Assembly: GCA_035498555.1 (NCBI GenBank) | Contig: DATKAB010000161.1 | Location: forward strand, 2,794-66,793 | DNA: 64,000 nucleotides | From: Candidatus Sulfotelmatobacter sp. | GTDB lineage: Bacteria; Eisenbacteria; RBG-16-71-46 | Direction of reading: 5' to 3' | Shown: positions 9,449 to 20,279 of the stretch, in pieces | Position numbering within the stretch: the stretch's first letter is position 1 | Layout: each line of letters opens with the position of its first letter | Notes under the pieces: model-generated | Told to the model about the DNA's origin: nothing | The model's input: only the letters and a program-made list of their open reading frames with translations | The model's database searches: none | Position numbers and translations under genes: made by a program

Positions 9449-11098
9449 ATGATTCTCGGCATCCTTCTGCTGGCGCTGGCCGCCGCGCCGGTTTCCACCC
9501 GCGATTCGACCTCCTATCCGAGCGCCGAGGCGCTCCAGCGCTACACGCAGGGCCGCCTGCTCGAAGAAGAGGGCGACATCGACGGCGCGCTCGGCGAGTA
9601 CTACCACGTGCTCACCAGCGATCCGCGTTCGCTCGAGGCGATGCGTCGGATCAGTGACTTGTGCGCCCAGCGAGGGGATCTCAACCGATCGCTTGAGTTC
9701 GCCGAGCGCGCGCTGGTGGTGGCGCCCAACGACGCTCGCTCGCTCTGGCTCAAGGGCTCTGCGCTATTCAATCTGGGTCGATCGACCGAGGCGCTGGCCT
9801 CCCTTCAGAAGTGCGTCGCCGCCGACTCGGAGCAGGCCGAGTACTGGCGCACGCTGGGCCGTGTCGCCGAGCGAGAGAATCGCCTCGATCTCGTGGAGCA
9901 CGCTTACGAGGAAACCGTCGACCTCGAAGACGGCGACGCCGAGGCCTGGTTCCAGCTGGCCGGCGCGCGCGCCCGGCTCGGCGACTTCGCCGGCGCGGAT
10001 TCGGCGCTCGCCCAGTCGAAGGACTTGAACCCGCTCCGGCCGGGAACCGACTTCCTGCAGGCCTGGATCGACGAGGGGCTGGGCAACGACGACAGCGCGA
10101 TCGAGATGTACAAGCACCACCTCTCGGTGCACCCGGACGACACCGCGACGCGCCAGCGCCTGGTGTCGCTGCTCGCCGGTCGCCAGCGCTGGGACGAGGC
10201 CTATCGCGAGGCGAAGCGGGTGCGCGAGGCGCGGCCTTCCGACCCGGAGGCGCTCGAGACCGAGGCGGATCTGGCCTTTCACGCCGGCCAGCCACAGGCC
10301 GGCGAGGAACGGCTGCGCGCGCTGCGCGCGCTCGACTCCAACGATCCTCAATGGGTGTGGCGTTCGGCGGTCGTGCTGTCCCGGCACCAGCGCGCGGCCG
10401 AAGGCGTGAGGCTGGCCGGGGACTGGGAGAAGGCCCACCCCGGCGACTGGCGCGGCCCCATGCTCCTCGCACGGGCCGAATCACTCAACAATGACTTCGA
10501 CCGGGCGCTGGCCCACGCTCGCGAGGCAGTCTCGCTCGCCCCCGACTCCCTGGCCGCACGGGTGCTGCTCGGGAGGGTCTCGCAGCAGGCCAAGCACTGG
10601 AGCGAGGCCGCCGAGGTCTGGGAGAAATTGCGCCAGGAGCACCCCGATCAGCCGGGGATCCTGCTCGATCTGGCCTTCTGCAAGGAGCAGATGGGGGATG
10701 TGGACGGGAGCGTCGCCGTGGCCCGGCAGGCCCTGTCCATGGCCCCGAGCCAGCCCGACGTGCTCAACTTCCTCGGCTACCTGCTCGCCGACCACAACCG
10801 GGATCTGGCCGAGGCCAGCGAGCTGATCCAGAAGGCCGTGGCCCAGGAGCCCGATAACGGGGCCTTCATCGACTCGCTGGGGTGGGTCTACTACCGGCTG
10901 GGAAGGCTCAAGGAGGCCCGGGAGCAGCTCGAGCGGGCGGTCCGGCTCACCGGCGGGGACCCGGTGGTGCGGGAGCACCTGGGGGACGTCTACCGGGACC
11001 TGAAGCTGCCCGAACTGGCCCGCGAGCAGTACCGGAAGAGCCTGGCTTCCGACAGCACCAACCAGCGGGTCCGTTCCAAATTGGAGGCCACCCGCTAG
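9449..11098 (+). CDS. secreted TPR-repeat protein
   Basis: N-terminal signal peptide MILGILLLALAAAPVS; multiple 34-aa TPR-like repeats (W-LG-Y...A...P). Confidence 0.75.
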   Translation: MILGILLLALAAAPVSTRDSTSYPSAEALQRYTQGRLLEEEGDIDGALGEYYHVLTSDPRSLEAMRRISDLCAQRGDLNRSLEFAERALVVAPNDARSLWLKGSALFNLGRSTEALASLQKCVAADSEQAEYWRTLGRVAERENRLDLVEHAYEETVDLEDGDAEAWFQLAGARARLGDFAGADSALAQSKDLNPLRPGTDFLQAWIDEGLGNDDSAIEMYKHHLSVHPDDTATRQRLVSLLAGRQRWDEAYREAKRVREARPSDPEALETEADLAFHAGQPQAGEERLRALRALDSNDPQWVWRSAVVLSRHQRAAEGVRLAGDWEKAHPGDWRGPMLLARAESLNNDFDRALAHAREAVSLAPDSLAARVLLGRVSQQAKHWSEAAEVWEKLRQEHPDQPGILLDLAFCKEQMGDVDGSVAVARQALSMAPSQPDVLNFLGYLLADHNRDLAEASELIQKAVAQEPDNGAFIDSLGWVYYRLGRLKEAREQLERAVRLTGGDPVVREHLGDVYRDLKLPELAREQYRKSLASDSTNQRVRSKLEATR

Positions 11099-11141
11099 TT
11101 CCCCGGGAACCGGCCCGGCCGGCCAGGGGTAACACCTCCGG

Positions 11142-11777
11142 GTGAGAGTGCACGTGGCGCCTGATCGCGATCCGGTTCCTCCTCCCATTGTCCGCCTCTC
11201 GGACGAAGACCTGATGGCCCGGGTCTCCGAGGACGAGGAGCGGGCATTCACGGAGCTGGTCCGGCGCTTTCAAGGCCGCGTGATCAATCTCATCAGCAGG
11301 GTCCTGAACGACCGGGAGAGCGCGGACGACCTCGCGCAGGAAGTCTTCGTCCGGGTTTACGTGCACCGGCGAAACTACCGGCGAGGCTCGAAGTTCTCCA
11401 CCTGGCTGTTCACGATCGCGGCGAACCTGGCCAAGAACGAGATCCGGCGACGGGTCCGCAAACGGCACTGGTTCAGCCTCGACGCCCTGCAGGATCTGCT
11501 CAAGGACAGCGCGCCGATTCTCGCCGACCCGACGGAGGGTTCGGAGCGCTCGATGGAACGCGAGCAGCTGCAGGAGGCGATGGCGCGCGCGATCGGCACC
11601 GTCCCTGAGAAGTACCGACTGGCCGTGGTTTTGAGAGATCTCGAAGGACTTCCGTACGAGGAGATCGCACAAGTGCTCGGCATCCCCGGCGGGACGGTGC
11701 GTTCGCGCATCAACCGGGCCCGGACCATGCTGAAGCGCAAGCTCCAACCGCTACTGCGCGACGAAGGCGACTCATGA
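11142..11777 (+). CDS. RNA polymerase ECF-type sigma factor (sigma-24/sigma-E-like)
   Basis: Region 2 (FTELVRRFQGRV...DLAQEVFVRVY) and region 4 HTH (LEGLPYEEIAQVLGIPGGTVRSRINRAR); alternative start at about 11214. Confidence 0.85.
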   Translation: MRVHVAPDRDPVPPPIVRLSDEDLMARVSEDEERAFTELVRRFQGRVINLISRVLNDRESADDLAQEVFVRVYVHRRNYRRGSKFSTWLFTIAANLAKNEIRRRVRKRHWFSLDALQDLLKDSAPILADPTEGSERSMEREQLQEAMARAIGTVPEKYRLAVVLRDLEGLPYEEIAQVLGIPGGTVRSRINRARTMLKRKLQPLLRDEGDS

Positions 11778-12388
11778 ACTGCACCCATGCCCGCAGGTTG
11801 TTCGCAGCCTTCTGGGACGACGAAACGACGCAAGCCGAGCGCGAATGGCTCGAGGGACACTTCGCCTCCTGCCCGGCGTGCCGGCGCGACTACGAGCAGT
11901 ACGCCCGAACCCTCGAGCTGCTGGGATCGCTCCCGCGCATCGAGGCCTCACCCGATCTGGCCGAGCGCGCCCTGCAACGGGCGAGACGGTCGGAGACCGC
12001 TCCCGACCGACTCCCACAGCTCCGCCCGCAGTGGGTGCCGATCACGGCCGGAGCGGCTGCCGTGCTGCTGCTCACGCTGACGGTGCTGGGGCCGTGGCTG
12101 TCCGGCTCGCGCTCCCCACGGGTTGCCCAGCGTGCCCCCGTCGGTCAGTCGGTGACGGAGCCGGTCCTGGTCCATTCGCCGGCGGCCCCGTCGCACGGGG
12201 CGGCCCGTGCGATCGATTCGCGTCTGCCGGCCAATCTCGCCGCCAACGCGCCGCTGCCCGACAGCCTGTTCGACCATTCGGCCGACGTGGAATTCATCCT
12301 CGATCCGGTGACGCTCCATCGCGGGCGTGCCTCGGTGACTCACTCCTCCGGCGCCACTCAGGGCGAGAGGGCGGTCATCACTTTCTAG
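11774..12388 (+). CDS. anti-sigma factor, zf-HC2 type, single-pass membrane
   Basis: 4-nt overlap with sigma gene; H-x3-C-x2-C motif (EGHFASCPACRRDYEQY); TM helix WVPITAGAAAVLLLTLTVLGPWL. Confidence 0.75.
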   Translation: MNCTHARRLFAAFWDDETTQAEREWLEGHFASCPACRRDYEQYARTLELLGSLPRIEASPDLAERALQRARRSETAPDRLPQLRPQWVPITAGAAAVLLLTLTVLGPWLSGSRSPRVAQRAPVGQSVTEPVLVHSPAAPSHGAARAIDSRLPANLAANAPLPDSLFDHSADVEFILDPVTLHRGRASVTHSSGATQGERAVITF

Positions 12389-12398
12389 GAGTACCGGG

Positions 12399-13628
12399 AT
12401 GAGATTCGCCGGAGCCGGGCCGCGGGACCAGCGCTACAGGGCGCTCGCCCTGGTCTCGCTCGTGGCGTTGCTGTGCTCCGCGACGCCTGCCTTTCCCCAG
12501 TCCGACCTCTCGGCGCTCCAGACCGACGTCGCGTCGATGTCGAAGCGGGTGCGCGGCTCGGTGGTCGTGGTGGTCTCGCTCAGCAACGAAGAGCATCGCG
12601 ATCATCGGACCGGGAGAACCGTCTCGGGAGTTCACACCCGCGTCGGCTCGGGGGTCGCGGTCGAGGAGAGCGCGATCCTCACCACCGCCAGCGTTGTGCT
12701 GCGAGCCGACCGGGTGGTGGTGCGCACCGCCAACGGCCTGCAGCTCGACGCGAGCATCGCCGGCGTGGATCCGGTGTTCAACGTCGCGCTGTTGCGTGTG
12801 CCCGGGGTCCGCCTGCCCGTCCTGCACCTCGCGACCGAACGGCCCCCTCAAATCGGCGACTGGGTTCTGACGGAGGGCGCCTCCTACCGCTTCCAGCTCA
12901 CCGAATCGGTGGGCACGATCAACGCGTTCTACAGCGAGCCGCGCCTTTCGCTGCTCCAGCTCTCGAACACGGTGTCGCCCGGCAACAGCGGCGGCGCGGC
13001 CGTCAATGCCCGCGGCGAGCTGATCGGCATCGTTCAGGGCGAGCTCGGCTCGCCCGATATCGGCGCCACTTCCGACGGCGAGCGCCGCCCGACCGGCATG
13101 AGCTTCGTGCTGCCGGTCGAGACCCTGTCGCGCGTCTACGACGCGCTGCGCCGCGACGGCCGCGTGCGCCACGGCTATCTCGGCGTCACCACCAGCGGCG
13201 CGTCGGTGCCGAGCGAGACCGAGCGCGGAAGCCAGGTGCCGATCGGCGCCCTGGTCGAGAGCGTGATTCCCGGTGGCCCGGCGGCGAAGCTCGGATTGCA
13301 GCGCGGCGATCTGATCGTCGGATTCGATGGCGAGCGCGTCGAGTATCCCGGCCAGCTGGCGCGATGGGTGGCCGCCACCCCGCCGGGAACCGCGGTGGGC
13401 CTGGTGTGGGTCCGCCAGGACCTGCAGAAGGTCGGAAGCGCGTTGCTCGGCGAATCGCCCGACGTGGCACCGAGCTGGGCGCTCACCGCATCCGCTGCCG
13501 CGACGTCGTCGGCGCGTTCCAACTCCACCTCCCCGGATCGCATCTCGGATCTCGAGCGCCAGATTCAGGAGCTCAACCGGCAGCTCGAGCAGCTCAAGGG
13601 TCAGAGTCAAGCTCCGCGCCGCGAGTGA
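12399..13628 (+). CDS. HtrA/DegP-like trypsin-family serine protease with PDZ domain and C-terminal coiled coil
   Basis: Signal peptide; catalytic GNSGGAAVN serine motif; PDZ (GALVESVIPGGPAAKLGLQRGDLIVGFDG); C-terminal LERQIQELNRQLEQLKGQ. Confidence 0.8.
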   Translation: MRFAGAGPRDQRYRALALVSLVALLCSATPAFPQSDLSALQTDVASMSKRVRGSVVVVVSLSNEEHRDHRTGRTVSGVHTRVGSGVAVEESAILTTASVVLRADRVVVRTANGLQLDASIAGVDPVFNVALLRVPGVRLPVLHLATERPPQIGDWVLTEGASYRFQLTESVGTINAFYSEPRLSLLQLSNTVSPGNSGGAAVNARGELIGIVQGELGSPDIGATSDGERRPTGMSFVLPVETLSRVYDALRRDGRVRHGYLGVTTSGASVPSETERGSQVPIGALVESVIPGGPAAKLGLQRGDLIVGFDGERVEYPGQLARWVAATPPGTAVGLVWVRQDLQKVGSALLGESPDVAPSWALTASAAATSSARSNSTSPDRISDLERQIQELNRQLEQLKGQSQAPRRE

Positions 13629-14722
13629 AAGAGTTCGGACTTCTCTATCCGGGAGCTTCGTCGCGCACTCGGGTCCGGTTCGACTCCGGCGGTCTCGCGC
13701 GCGTCGGAGCATTCGCCCGCCGGATCACCGGCGCGCGACGCGCGCTGCTCGTCACCGACACGCGGGTGGGCGCGCTCTACGGCCGCGCGACACGCTCCTC
13801 GCTGCGTCGCGCCGGGATCGAGGTCGCCTCGTTCGCCATTCCGGCCGGGGAGCGTTCGAAGAACGCGGATCAGCTCGAGCGACTCTGGCGTGAGCTCGCC
13901 AGGCTCGAGTTCAGCCGCGCGGACCTGGTGGTGGCGCTCGGTGGTGGCGTGGTCGGTGACCTCGCGGGATTCGCCGCGGCCAGCTGGTTGCGCGGCGTGC
14001 CGTGGATCGCCGTTCCCACCACGCTGCTCGCCCAGGTGGACAGCGGCGTCGGCGGCAAGACCGCCATCGACCTCCCGGAAGGCAAGAACCTGGTCGGCGC
14101 TTTCCACCAGCCGGCCGGAGTGCTGATCGACGCCGCGACGCTTGGCACCCTTCCGGCGCGGCAGCTTCGCGCGGGACTCGCCGAGGTCGTGAAGATGGGA
14201 TTCGCAGTCGACGCCCGGTTGTTTCGATGGTGCGAAGCGCACCGTTCGGCGCTGGCGGGCGCCGAGCCCGCCGCCCTGGCCCGTGCCGGAGAGCTCGCGG
14301 TTCGGGCCAAGGCGCGCATCGTGCTCGCCGACGAGCGCGAGGCCGGGGCGCGGACCGCGCTCAACTTCGGCCACACGCTCGGCCACGCGATCGAGGCCGC
14401 GCTGGGATATCGAAGACTTCTCCACGGCGAGGCGATCGCACTGGGCATGCGGGTGGCCGCGCGGCTCTCGGTGCGCGAGGTCGGGCTGCCCGATGCGGAT
14501 CGCGCCCGACTCGAAGCGTTGCTCGACGCGCTGGCGCTCCCGAGCCGGCTGCCGCCGCTTCGAATCTCGCGGCTCGAACGCGCGATGCGCGTCGACAAGA
14601 AAAGACGCGGTCGGGAAGTGCGCTGGGTATTGACGCCCCGATTGGGCTTTGCTAGCGTCCCGCGTTCAATTGAGGGCCGTCGGGTGAAGGCGGCCCTGAA
14701 GGAAGCCGGCGCCGGGAATTGA
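13625..14722 (+). CDS. aroB: 3-dehydroquinate synthase
   Basis: GTG start overlapping htrA stop (GTGA); [30 protein letters not shown] metal-binding motifs. Track ORF 12473..14722 is this gene plus a spurious upstream extension. Confidence 0.9.
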   Translation: MKEFGLLYPGASSRTRVRFDSGGLARVGAFARRITGARRALLVTDTRVGALYGRATRSSLRRAGIEVASFAIPAGERSKNADQLERLWRELARLEFSRADLVVALGGGVVGDLAGFAAASWLRGVPWIAVPTTLLAQVDSGVGGKTAIDLPEGKNLVGAFHQPAGVLIDAATLGTLPARQLRAGLAEVVKMGFAVDARLFRWCEAHRSALAGAEPAALARAGELAVRAKARIVLADEREAGARTALNFGHTLGHAIEAALGYRRLLHGEAIALGMRVAARLSVREVGLPDADRARLEALLDALALPSRLPPLRISRLERAMRVDKKRRGREVRWVLTPRLGFASVPRSIEGRRVKAALKEAGAGN

Positions 14723-14760
14723 GGCGCCGGGCACCGTCAGGCGGAGGCCATGGAGGCCCG

Positions 14761-15225
14761 ATGCGACGCATCCTGGTCCTGCACGGCCCCAACCTTCAGG
14801 CGCTCGGGACGCGTGAGCCCGAGGTGTACGGCGCCGCGACTCTCGACCAGATCGACGCGGGGCTGCGCCAGCTGGGAAGTCAGCTCGGTTGCGAGGTCGA
14901 ATCCCTTCAGAGCAACCACGAGGGTGTGCTGATCGACGCGATCTACTTAAGCCTGCCCGCGCTCGCCGGGCGTTCCTTCGACGGCATCGTCCTGAACCCC
15001 GGCGGCCTCACACACACCAGCGTCGCGCTGCGCGACGCGGTGGCGGCGTGCGCGGTCCCGGTGGTCGAAGTCCATCTCTCGAACCCGCAGGCGCGCGAGA
15101 GCTTCCGCCGCCAATCGCTGACCGCCGGAAAAGCGGTGGGAGTGGTGCAGGGATTCGGCGCCGACAGCTACTCGCTGGCGCTTCGCGCTCTCGCCGGGGT
15201 CCTCGACCGTGCCGCGATCGCGTAG
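14761..15225 (+). CDS. aroQ: type II 3-dehydroquinate dehydratase
   Basis: [24 protein letters not shown]...HLSNPQARE; ~154 aa. Confidence 0.9.
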   Translation: MRRILVLHGPNLQALGTREPEVYGAATLDQIDAGLRQLGSQLGCEVESLQSNHEGVLIDAIYLSLPALAGRSFDGIVLNPGGLTHTSVALRDAVAACAVPVVEVHLSNPQARESFRRQSLTAGKAVGVVQGFGADSYSLALRALAGVLDRAAIA

Positions 15226-15334
15226 GCCCGTCGCTGCGCGCCCGCGCAAGGAAGCGAAGCGCTCCGGGGCCGCGCGCGACGTGAAGTCCGCCTCGGCGGG
15301 CGCCGATAACTCCGGCGGTGCGCCGTCCGGAAGG

Positions 15335-15790
15335 GTGCCGCTCGCGGACATCCGCCAGCTCATCCGTCTGGTTCAGCGCACCGGCATCGGCGAGCTCGAG
15401 GTCACCTCCGGCGGGCGCACCATTCGCATTTCGGCGGCAGGCGTGATGCGGCAGGCGCCGTCACCGGGGGAGGCCTTCGCGGCCGCGCCGACGCCGTCGG
15501 CACGATCGTCCTCGGACGCGAAGGCGGCCGAGACGGCGGTTGCCGACAAATCGGTGGCGATCACCTCTCCGATGGTGGGGACGTTCTATCGCGCGCCGGC
15601 GCCGGACGCCGATCCGTACGTCGAGGTGGGCGACATGGTCGAGGTGGGGCAGACGGTGTGCATCGTCGAGGCCATGAAGCTGATGAACGAGATCGAATCG
15701 GAAGTGCGCGGGCGGGTGGTCCAGATTCTGGTCGAGAACAGCCATCCGGTGGAGTTCGGTCAGAAGCTCTTCTTGATCGAGCCGGCCTGA
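15335..15790 (+). CDS. accB: acetyl-CoA carboxylase biotin carboxyl carrier protein
   Basis: Biotinyl-lysine motif [13 protein letters not shown]; start uncertain (GTG about 15335 chosen to avoid overlap with aroQ; track start 15209). Confidence 0.8.
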   Translation: MPLADIRQLIRLVQRTGIGELEVTSGGRTIRISAAGVMRQAPSPGEAFAAAPTPSARSSSDAKAAETAVADKSVAITSPMVGTFYRAPAPDADPYVEVGDMVEVGQTVCIVEAMKLMNEIESEVRGRVVQILVENSHPVEFGQKLFLIEPA

Positions 15791-15815
15791 ACGACGCCGT
15801 GGGCGAAGGAGCGCC

Positions 15816-17030
15816 ATGAACATCCGCACCGTGCTCGATAAGATGATCGCCGCGCGAGCGAGCGACCTTCATCTCAAGGCGGGAACCCCGCCCGTGGTGC
15901 GCGTCGACGGCGTGCTCTACACGCTCGACGAGCCGCCGCCCAGCGCCACCGAGCTGCGCGAGGTGAGCAACCAGCTGCTCAACGAGGAGCAGCGCCTCTA
16001 CTTCTCGACCCACAGCGAGATCGACTTCGCCTTCGGCGTGTCGGGGCTCGCCCGGTTCCGCGCCAACATCTTCATGCAGCGCGGCACCCCGGCGCTCGCC
16101 CTCCGGCACGTGCCGGTCGAGGTGCCGAGCATCGACGATCTCACGCTGCCTCCGGTGGTGCGCGAGCTGGCGTTCTCGCCGCGCGGACTGATCCTGGTGA
16201 CCGGGCGTACCGGCTCGGGCAAGTCCACCACGCTCGCGGCGATGATCGATTCGATCAACAAGGTGACTTCGCGCAACGTGATCACCGTCGAGGACCCCAT
16301 CGAGTTCCTTCACCGGGACCGGCTCTCGTACATCCACCAGCGCGAGGTCGGGCTGGACACCCGCTCGTTCCACGACGGCCTCAAGTACGTGCTGCGCCAG
16401 GACCCCGACATCATCCTGGTCGGCGAAATCCGCGACCTCGACACCATGAGCACCGCGCTGATGGCGGCCGACACCGGCCACCTGGTGCTGTCGACGCTGC
16501 ACACCACCGACGTCATGCAGACCATCCAGCGCATCATCTCGTTCTATCCACCGCACCAGCACGACGAAGTGCGCCTCTCGATCGCCACCAACCTGCGCGC
16601 CGTCATCTCGCAGCGACTGATTCCGAGGAAAGACGGCGCAGGTCGCGTGCCCTCGGCCGAGATCATGGTCTCCACGCCCACGGTGCGCGAATACATCATG
16701 GACCAGGAAAAGACGCCGTTGCTCCGCCAGGTGGTGGCGGAGGGAGTGACTCAGTACGGCATGCAGACTTTCGATCAGTCGATCCTCAGCTTGCTGCGCG
16801 ATGGCGTGATCTCCGAGGAGGAGGCCCTGCGGAACAGCTCCAACCCCAACGAACTGAGTCTCAAGCTCAAGGGAATCTCGGCGACCTCGGACCGCACCTG
16901 GCAGGCGGTGGATGCCGCGGAAGAGAGCGGCGGTGGCTTCGGGGCGAGCATGGGGGGCTCGGCGCCCGTCGGCTCGCAGCCGCCCGGGCAGACCGGTGGA
17001 GGCAATCGTCCCGGCTGGATGAGCCAGTAG
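15816..17030 (+). CDS. pilT: PilT/PilU-family type IV pilus retraction ATPase with ~45-aa Gly/Ser-rich C-terminal tail
   Basis: Walker [10 protein letters not shown], Walker [11 protein letters not shown], His-box LVLSTLHT, typical PilT N-terminal domain; located between accB and accC. Confidence 0.85.
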   Translation: MNIRTVLDKMIAARASDLHLKAGTPPVVRVDGVLYTLDEPPPSATELREVSNQLLNEEQRLYFSTHSEIDFAFGVSGLARFRANIFMQRGTPALALRHVPVEVPSIDDLTLPPVVRELAFSPRGLILVTGRTGSGKSTTLAAMIDSINKVTSRNVITVEDPIEFLHRDRLSYIHQREVGLDTRSFHDGLKYVLRQDPDIILVGEIRDLDTMSTALMAADTGHLVLSTLHTTDVMQTIQRIISFYPPHQHDEVRLSIATNLRAVISQRLIPRKDGAGRVPSAEIMVSTPTVREYIMDQEKTPLLRQVVAEGVTQYGMQTFDQSILSLLRDGVISEEEALRNSSNPNELSLKLKGISATSDRTWQAVDAAEESGGGFGASMGGSAPVGSQPPGQTGGGNRPGWMSQ

Positions 17031-17037
17031 GAGGAGG

Positions 17038-18402
17038 ATGTTCCGCAAGGTCCTGGTGGCCAATCGTGGCGAAATCGCATTGCGGATCATCCGCGCGTGC
17101 CGCGAGCTCAACATCGCCACCGTGGCGGTGTTCAGCGAAGCCGACCGGGACAGCCTGCACGTCCGACTCGCCGACGAGTCGGTGTGCATCGGCCCGCCGC
17201 CCCCCGCCCAGTCCTACAACTACATCGCGCGACTGATCTCCGCCGCGGAAGTGACCGGCGTGGACGCCATCCACCCCGGCTACGGTTTCCTGTCCGAGAA
17301 CGCCCATTTCGCCGAGGTTTGTGCCTCGTGCGGGTTCCGCTTCATCGGCCCGACCCCCGAGATGATCCGCAAGATGGGCGACAAGGCGGTCGCGCGGCGG
17401 ACCATGAAGGACGCCGGGCTCCCGGTGGTTCCCGGCAGCGAAGGCGTGCTGGACGACGCCGACTCGGCGCTCGAGCTGGCCCGGCAGATCGGATTTCCGG
17501 TCATCATCAAGGCGGCGGCCGGCGGCGGCGGTCGCGGCATGCGCGTGGCTCACGACGAGAAACAATTGCGCGCCGGGTTTGGCATCGCCCAGGCCGAGGC
17601 CGGCGCAGCCTTCAACAACAGCGCGGTCTATCTCGAGAAATACATCGGCCGGCCGCGCCATATCGAGTTCCAGCTGTTCGGCGACACCCACGGCACCCTG
17701 GTTCATCTCGGCGAGCGTGAATGCTCGGTGCAGCGCAATCACCAGAAGCTCATCGAGGAATCGCCGAGTCCATTCCTGAGTTCGGAGCAGCGGCGCAAGG
17801 TGGGCTCGATGGCGGTGCGGGGCGCGCAATCCATCGGCTATGTGAACGCCGGCACCATGGAATTCCTGTTCGATCAGGACGGCTCGTTCTACTTCATGGA
17901 AATGAACACGCGCATTCAGGTGGAGCATCCGGTGACCGAGGAGGTCACCAAGCTCGACCTGGTGAAGGAGCAGATCCTGGTGGCGGCGGGAGAGAAGCTC
18001 TCGTTCACTCAGGAGCAGATCGAGTGGACCGGCCACGCCATCGAGTGCCGCATCAATGCCGAGGATTTCGAGCACGGTTTCCGGCCGAGCCCCGGCAAGA
18101 TCACCTACTTCTACAAGCCCGGCGGCCCGGGCCTGCGGGTGGACAGCCACGTCTACGCCGGCTACTCGGTTCCTCCCTATTACGACTCGATGATCGGCAA
18201 GCTGATCGCCTACGGCAAGGACCGGCGCGAAGCGCTTCGGCGCATGGAGATCGCCCTCGAGGAAATGATCGTCGAGGGCATCAAGACCACGATTCCCTTC
18301 CACCTGATCGCACTGCGCGACGAGCGGTTCCGGCGCGGCGACCTCGACACCCACTTCGTCGAGAAGCTGCTCGCGAATCGCGAGCCGGTCGCCGCCCGCT
18401 GA
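17038..18402 (+). CDS. accC: acetyl-CoA carboxylase biotin carboxylase subunit
   Basis: [24 protein letters not shown]-grasp motifs, [14 protein letters not shown]; 454 aa. Confidence 0.95.
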   Translation: MFRKVLVANRGEIALRIIRACRELNIATVAVFSEADRDSLHVRLADESVCIGPPPPAQSYNYIARLISAAEVTGVDAIHPGYGFLSENAHFAEVCASCGFRFIGPTPEMIRKMGDKAVARRTMKDAGLPVVPGSEGVLDDADSALELARQIGFPVIIKAAAGGGGRGMRVAHDEKQLRAGFGIAQAEAGAAFNNSAVYLEKYIGRPRHIEFQLFGDTHGTLVHLGERECSVQRNHQKLIEESPSPFLSSEQRRKVGSMAVRGAQSIGYVNAGTMEFLFDQDGSFYFMEMNTRIQVEHPVTEEVTKLDLVKEQILVAAGEKLSFTQEQIEWTGHAIECRINAEDFEHGFRPSPGKITYFYKPGGPGLRVDSHVYAGYSVPPYYDSMIGKLIAYGKDRREALRRMEIALEEMIVEGIKTTIPFHLIALRDERFRRGDLDTHFVEKLLANREPVAAR

Positions 18403-18421
18403 AGCGGGCGAAGGGCCGGAC

Positions 18422-19192
18422 GTGAAGCGCGTGCGGGTCGTGCTCGCCGCCCCGGCGGCGGCCGACGTCGAGGCCCGGCGAGACTCGCGCGATTATCTGC
18501 ACCTGCCGCTCGAGCGGAGCGTTGGCGCGGTTGCCCCCGGTCCGGCGCCCGGCCGCGGCGCGGTCGCGGTCGCGATCGACGTGCTGCGCGCCACCACTTC
18601 GCTCTCGGTGGCGTTCTCGAACGGCGCGGCGCGCGTGCTCCCGGCCGGCACCGTCGCGGAAGGATTCCGGCTCCGCGACCAGCATCCGGGCGCGCTGCTG
18701 TGCGGCGAGCGAGAAGGAAAGAAAGTGCCCGGCTTCGATCTCGGCAACTCGCCGTTCGAGTACTCGCGCGAGGTCGTCGCGGGCAGGACTCTGCTGTTCG
18801 CTTCCACCAACGGTTCGCAGGCGCTGCGCCATGCGGTGGGCGCCGATCGCCGCCTGCTCGCCGCGTTCGTCAACGTGACCGCGACCGCCGAGCGGCTGGC
18901 GAACGCGGAAGAAGTGTGGCTGGTGGCGGCCGGCAAGCTGGGGCGCTTTGCGCTCGAAGACGCGGCATGCGCGGGCTGGCTGATGCGTTCGCTGCGAGCG
19001 CGCGGATTCGACGCCGCCGGTCCCGGGGCGCGAATCGCGGAGGCGCTGGCGCCGCCGGATGCGGCCGCGGTGCGCGCGCTGCTCGAAGGTTGCTCGCACG
19101 GCCGTTACCTGCGCTCCCTTGGCGCCGGTTTCGCCCGCGACGTGGAATTCTGCGCCCGGGTGGACGCGATCGGCTCGGCGTTCGAGGTGTAG
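18422..19192 (+). CDS. 2-phosphosulfolactate phosphatase (ComB) family protein
   Basis: AIDVLRATTS and GFDLGNSP motifs characteristic of PF04029; 256 aa. Confidence 0.6.
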   Translation: MKRVRVVLAAPAAADVEARRDSRDYLHLPLERSVGAVAPGPAPGRGAVAVAIDVLRATTSLSVAFSNGAARVLPAGTVAEGFRLRDQHPGALLCGEREGKKVPGFDLGNSPFEYSREVVAGRTLLFASTNGSQALRHAVGADRRLLAAFVNVTATAERLANAEEVWLVAAGKLGRFALEDAACAGWLMRSLRARGFDAAGPGARIAEALAPPDAAAVRALLEGCSHGRYLRSLGAGFARDVEFCARVDAIGSAFEV

Positions 19193-19199
19193 CGACCGC

Positions 19200-20279
19200 C
19201 TAGCGCTGCTGCGCCTGCCAGAGCATGACGGCGCCTGCGCCGCCGAACACCAGATTCCCCGACCACGCCGCCAGGTAGGGGGGCAGCGCACCGTTGTGCC
19301 CGAACGCCTGGCCCATCCGCACGAAGGCGTAGTAGGCGATCGCGATCGCGATCGACAGGCCGAAGCCGAGCGCGGTGCTCTGCGAGCGCAGGCGGGTCGC
19401 GACCGAGGCGCCGATCATGATCACGATCAGGTTGACCAGCGGCAGGGCCAGCTTGAGGTGCAGATCGACGAGATGGCCGGCCACGCGCGCCCCGCTCGCG
19501 CGGAGACGCTCGACGTAGTTGCGCAGCTCAGCGTAGCTCATCTCGTCGGGATTGCGGGTTTCGCGGGCGAAATCCTCGGGCCGCTCGCGAATCCCGCCCA
19601 CCGTCATGCGATCGAAGGGGCGTGCCTGCTCCTGCCCGCCCACGAAGGTGCGCACCACGCCCGAGCTGAAGGTCCAGCCGCTGCCGTTCCAGCTCGCCTC
19701 GTCGGCGTCGATGCGGCGCACCAGCGCGCCGTTGTGGAATTCCTGCAGCGAGACCTCGTGCATGCGGCGCTCCTTGATCAGGTAGAGCCGCATGATGTAG
19801 ATCCGCCCGCCCTCGCCGAGATAGGTGACGTCGGCGCGCTCGGTCGGCTGCTCGGTGCGAACGCGCTCGATCTGCTCGTGGAGCACCTCGTCACGCACCC
19901 GGTTCGCGCCCGGCACGATCAGCTCGTCGATCAGGAACGCCCCGAGCGTCACCAGCACCGACAGCGCCATGATCGGGCGCAGGATGCGGAGCAGCGAGAG
20001 GCCGGCGGCGCGCATCGCGGCCAGCTCGCCGAACTTGTTCAGCTGGCCGAGCGCGAGAAAGGTGGCCAGTAGCATCGCAATCGGCAGGATCTGGACGATG
20101 GTCTGCGGGGCCTGGAGCAGCAGGTAGCGCGCCACGGTCTGGGGCGGCGCGTGCTGGTCGAGGAAGACGTCGATGCGCTGGAACAGCTCGACCACCAGCA
20201 GGATGACCACGAAGCCGGTGACGCCGAGCGCCAGATAACCGGAGAATTCGCGCAGCAGGTAGCGATCGAGAATCTTCAC
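19200..20279 (-). CDS. lptG: LPS export ABC permease, LptG-like (YjgP/YjgQ family)
   Basis: VKILDRYLLREF N-terminus (GTG start overlapping upstream stop as GTGA), 6 TM segments with periplasmic beta-jellyroll region; track ORF extends spuriously upstream. Confidence 0.7.
   Translation of the reverse strand: MKILDRYLLREFSGYLALGVTGFVVILLVVELFQRIDVFLDQHAPPQTVARYLLLQAPQTIVQILPIAMLLATFLALGQLNKFGELAAMRAAGLSLLRILRPIMALSVLVTLGAFLIDELIVPGANRVRDEVLHEQIERVRTEQPTERADVTYLGEGGRIYIMRLYLIKERRMHEVSLQEFHNGALVRRIDADEASWNGSGWTFSSGVVRTFVGGQEQARPFDRMTVGGIRERPEDFARETRNPDEMSYAELRNYVERLRASGARVAGHLVDLHLKLALPLVNLIVIMIGASVATRLRSQSTALGFGLSIAIAIAYYAFVRMGQAFGHNGALPPYLAAWSGNLVFGGAGAVMLWQAQQR

Noticed and set aside
12473-14722. 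749-aa ORF spanning htrA and aroB
   Set aside because: Its 5' two-thirds is an alternate-frame read-through of the htrA-like gene (Arg/Gly-rich artefact typical of GC-rich DNA). Only the 3' part from GTG 13625 matches AroB.
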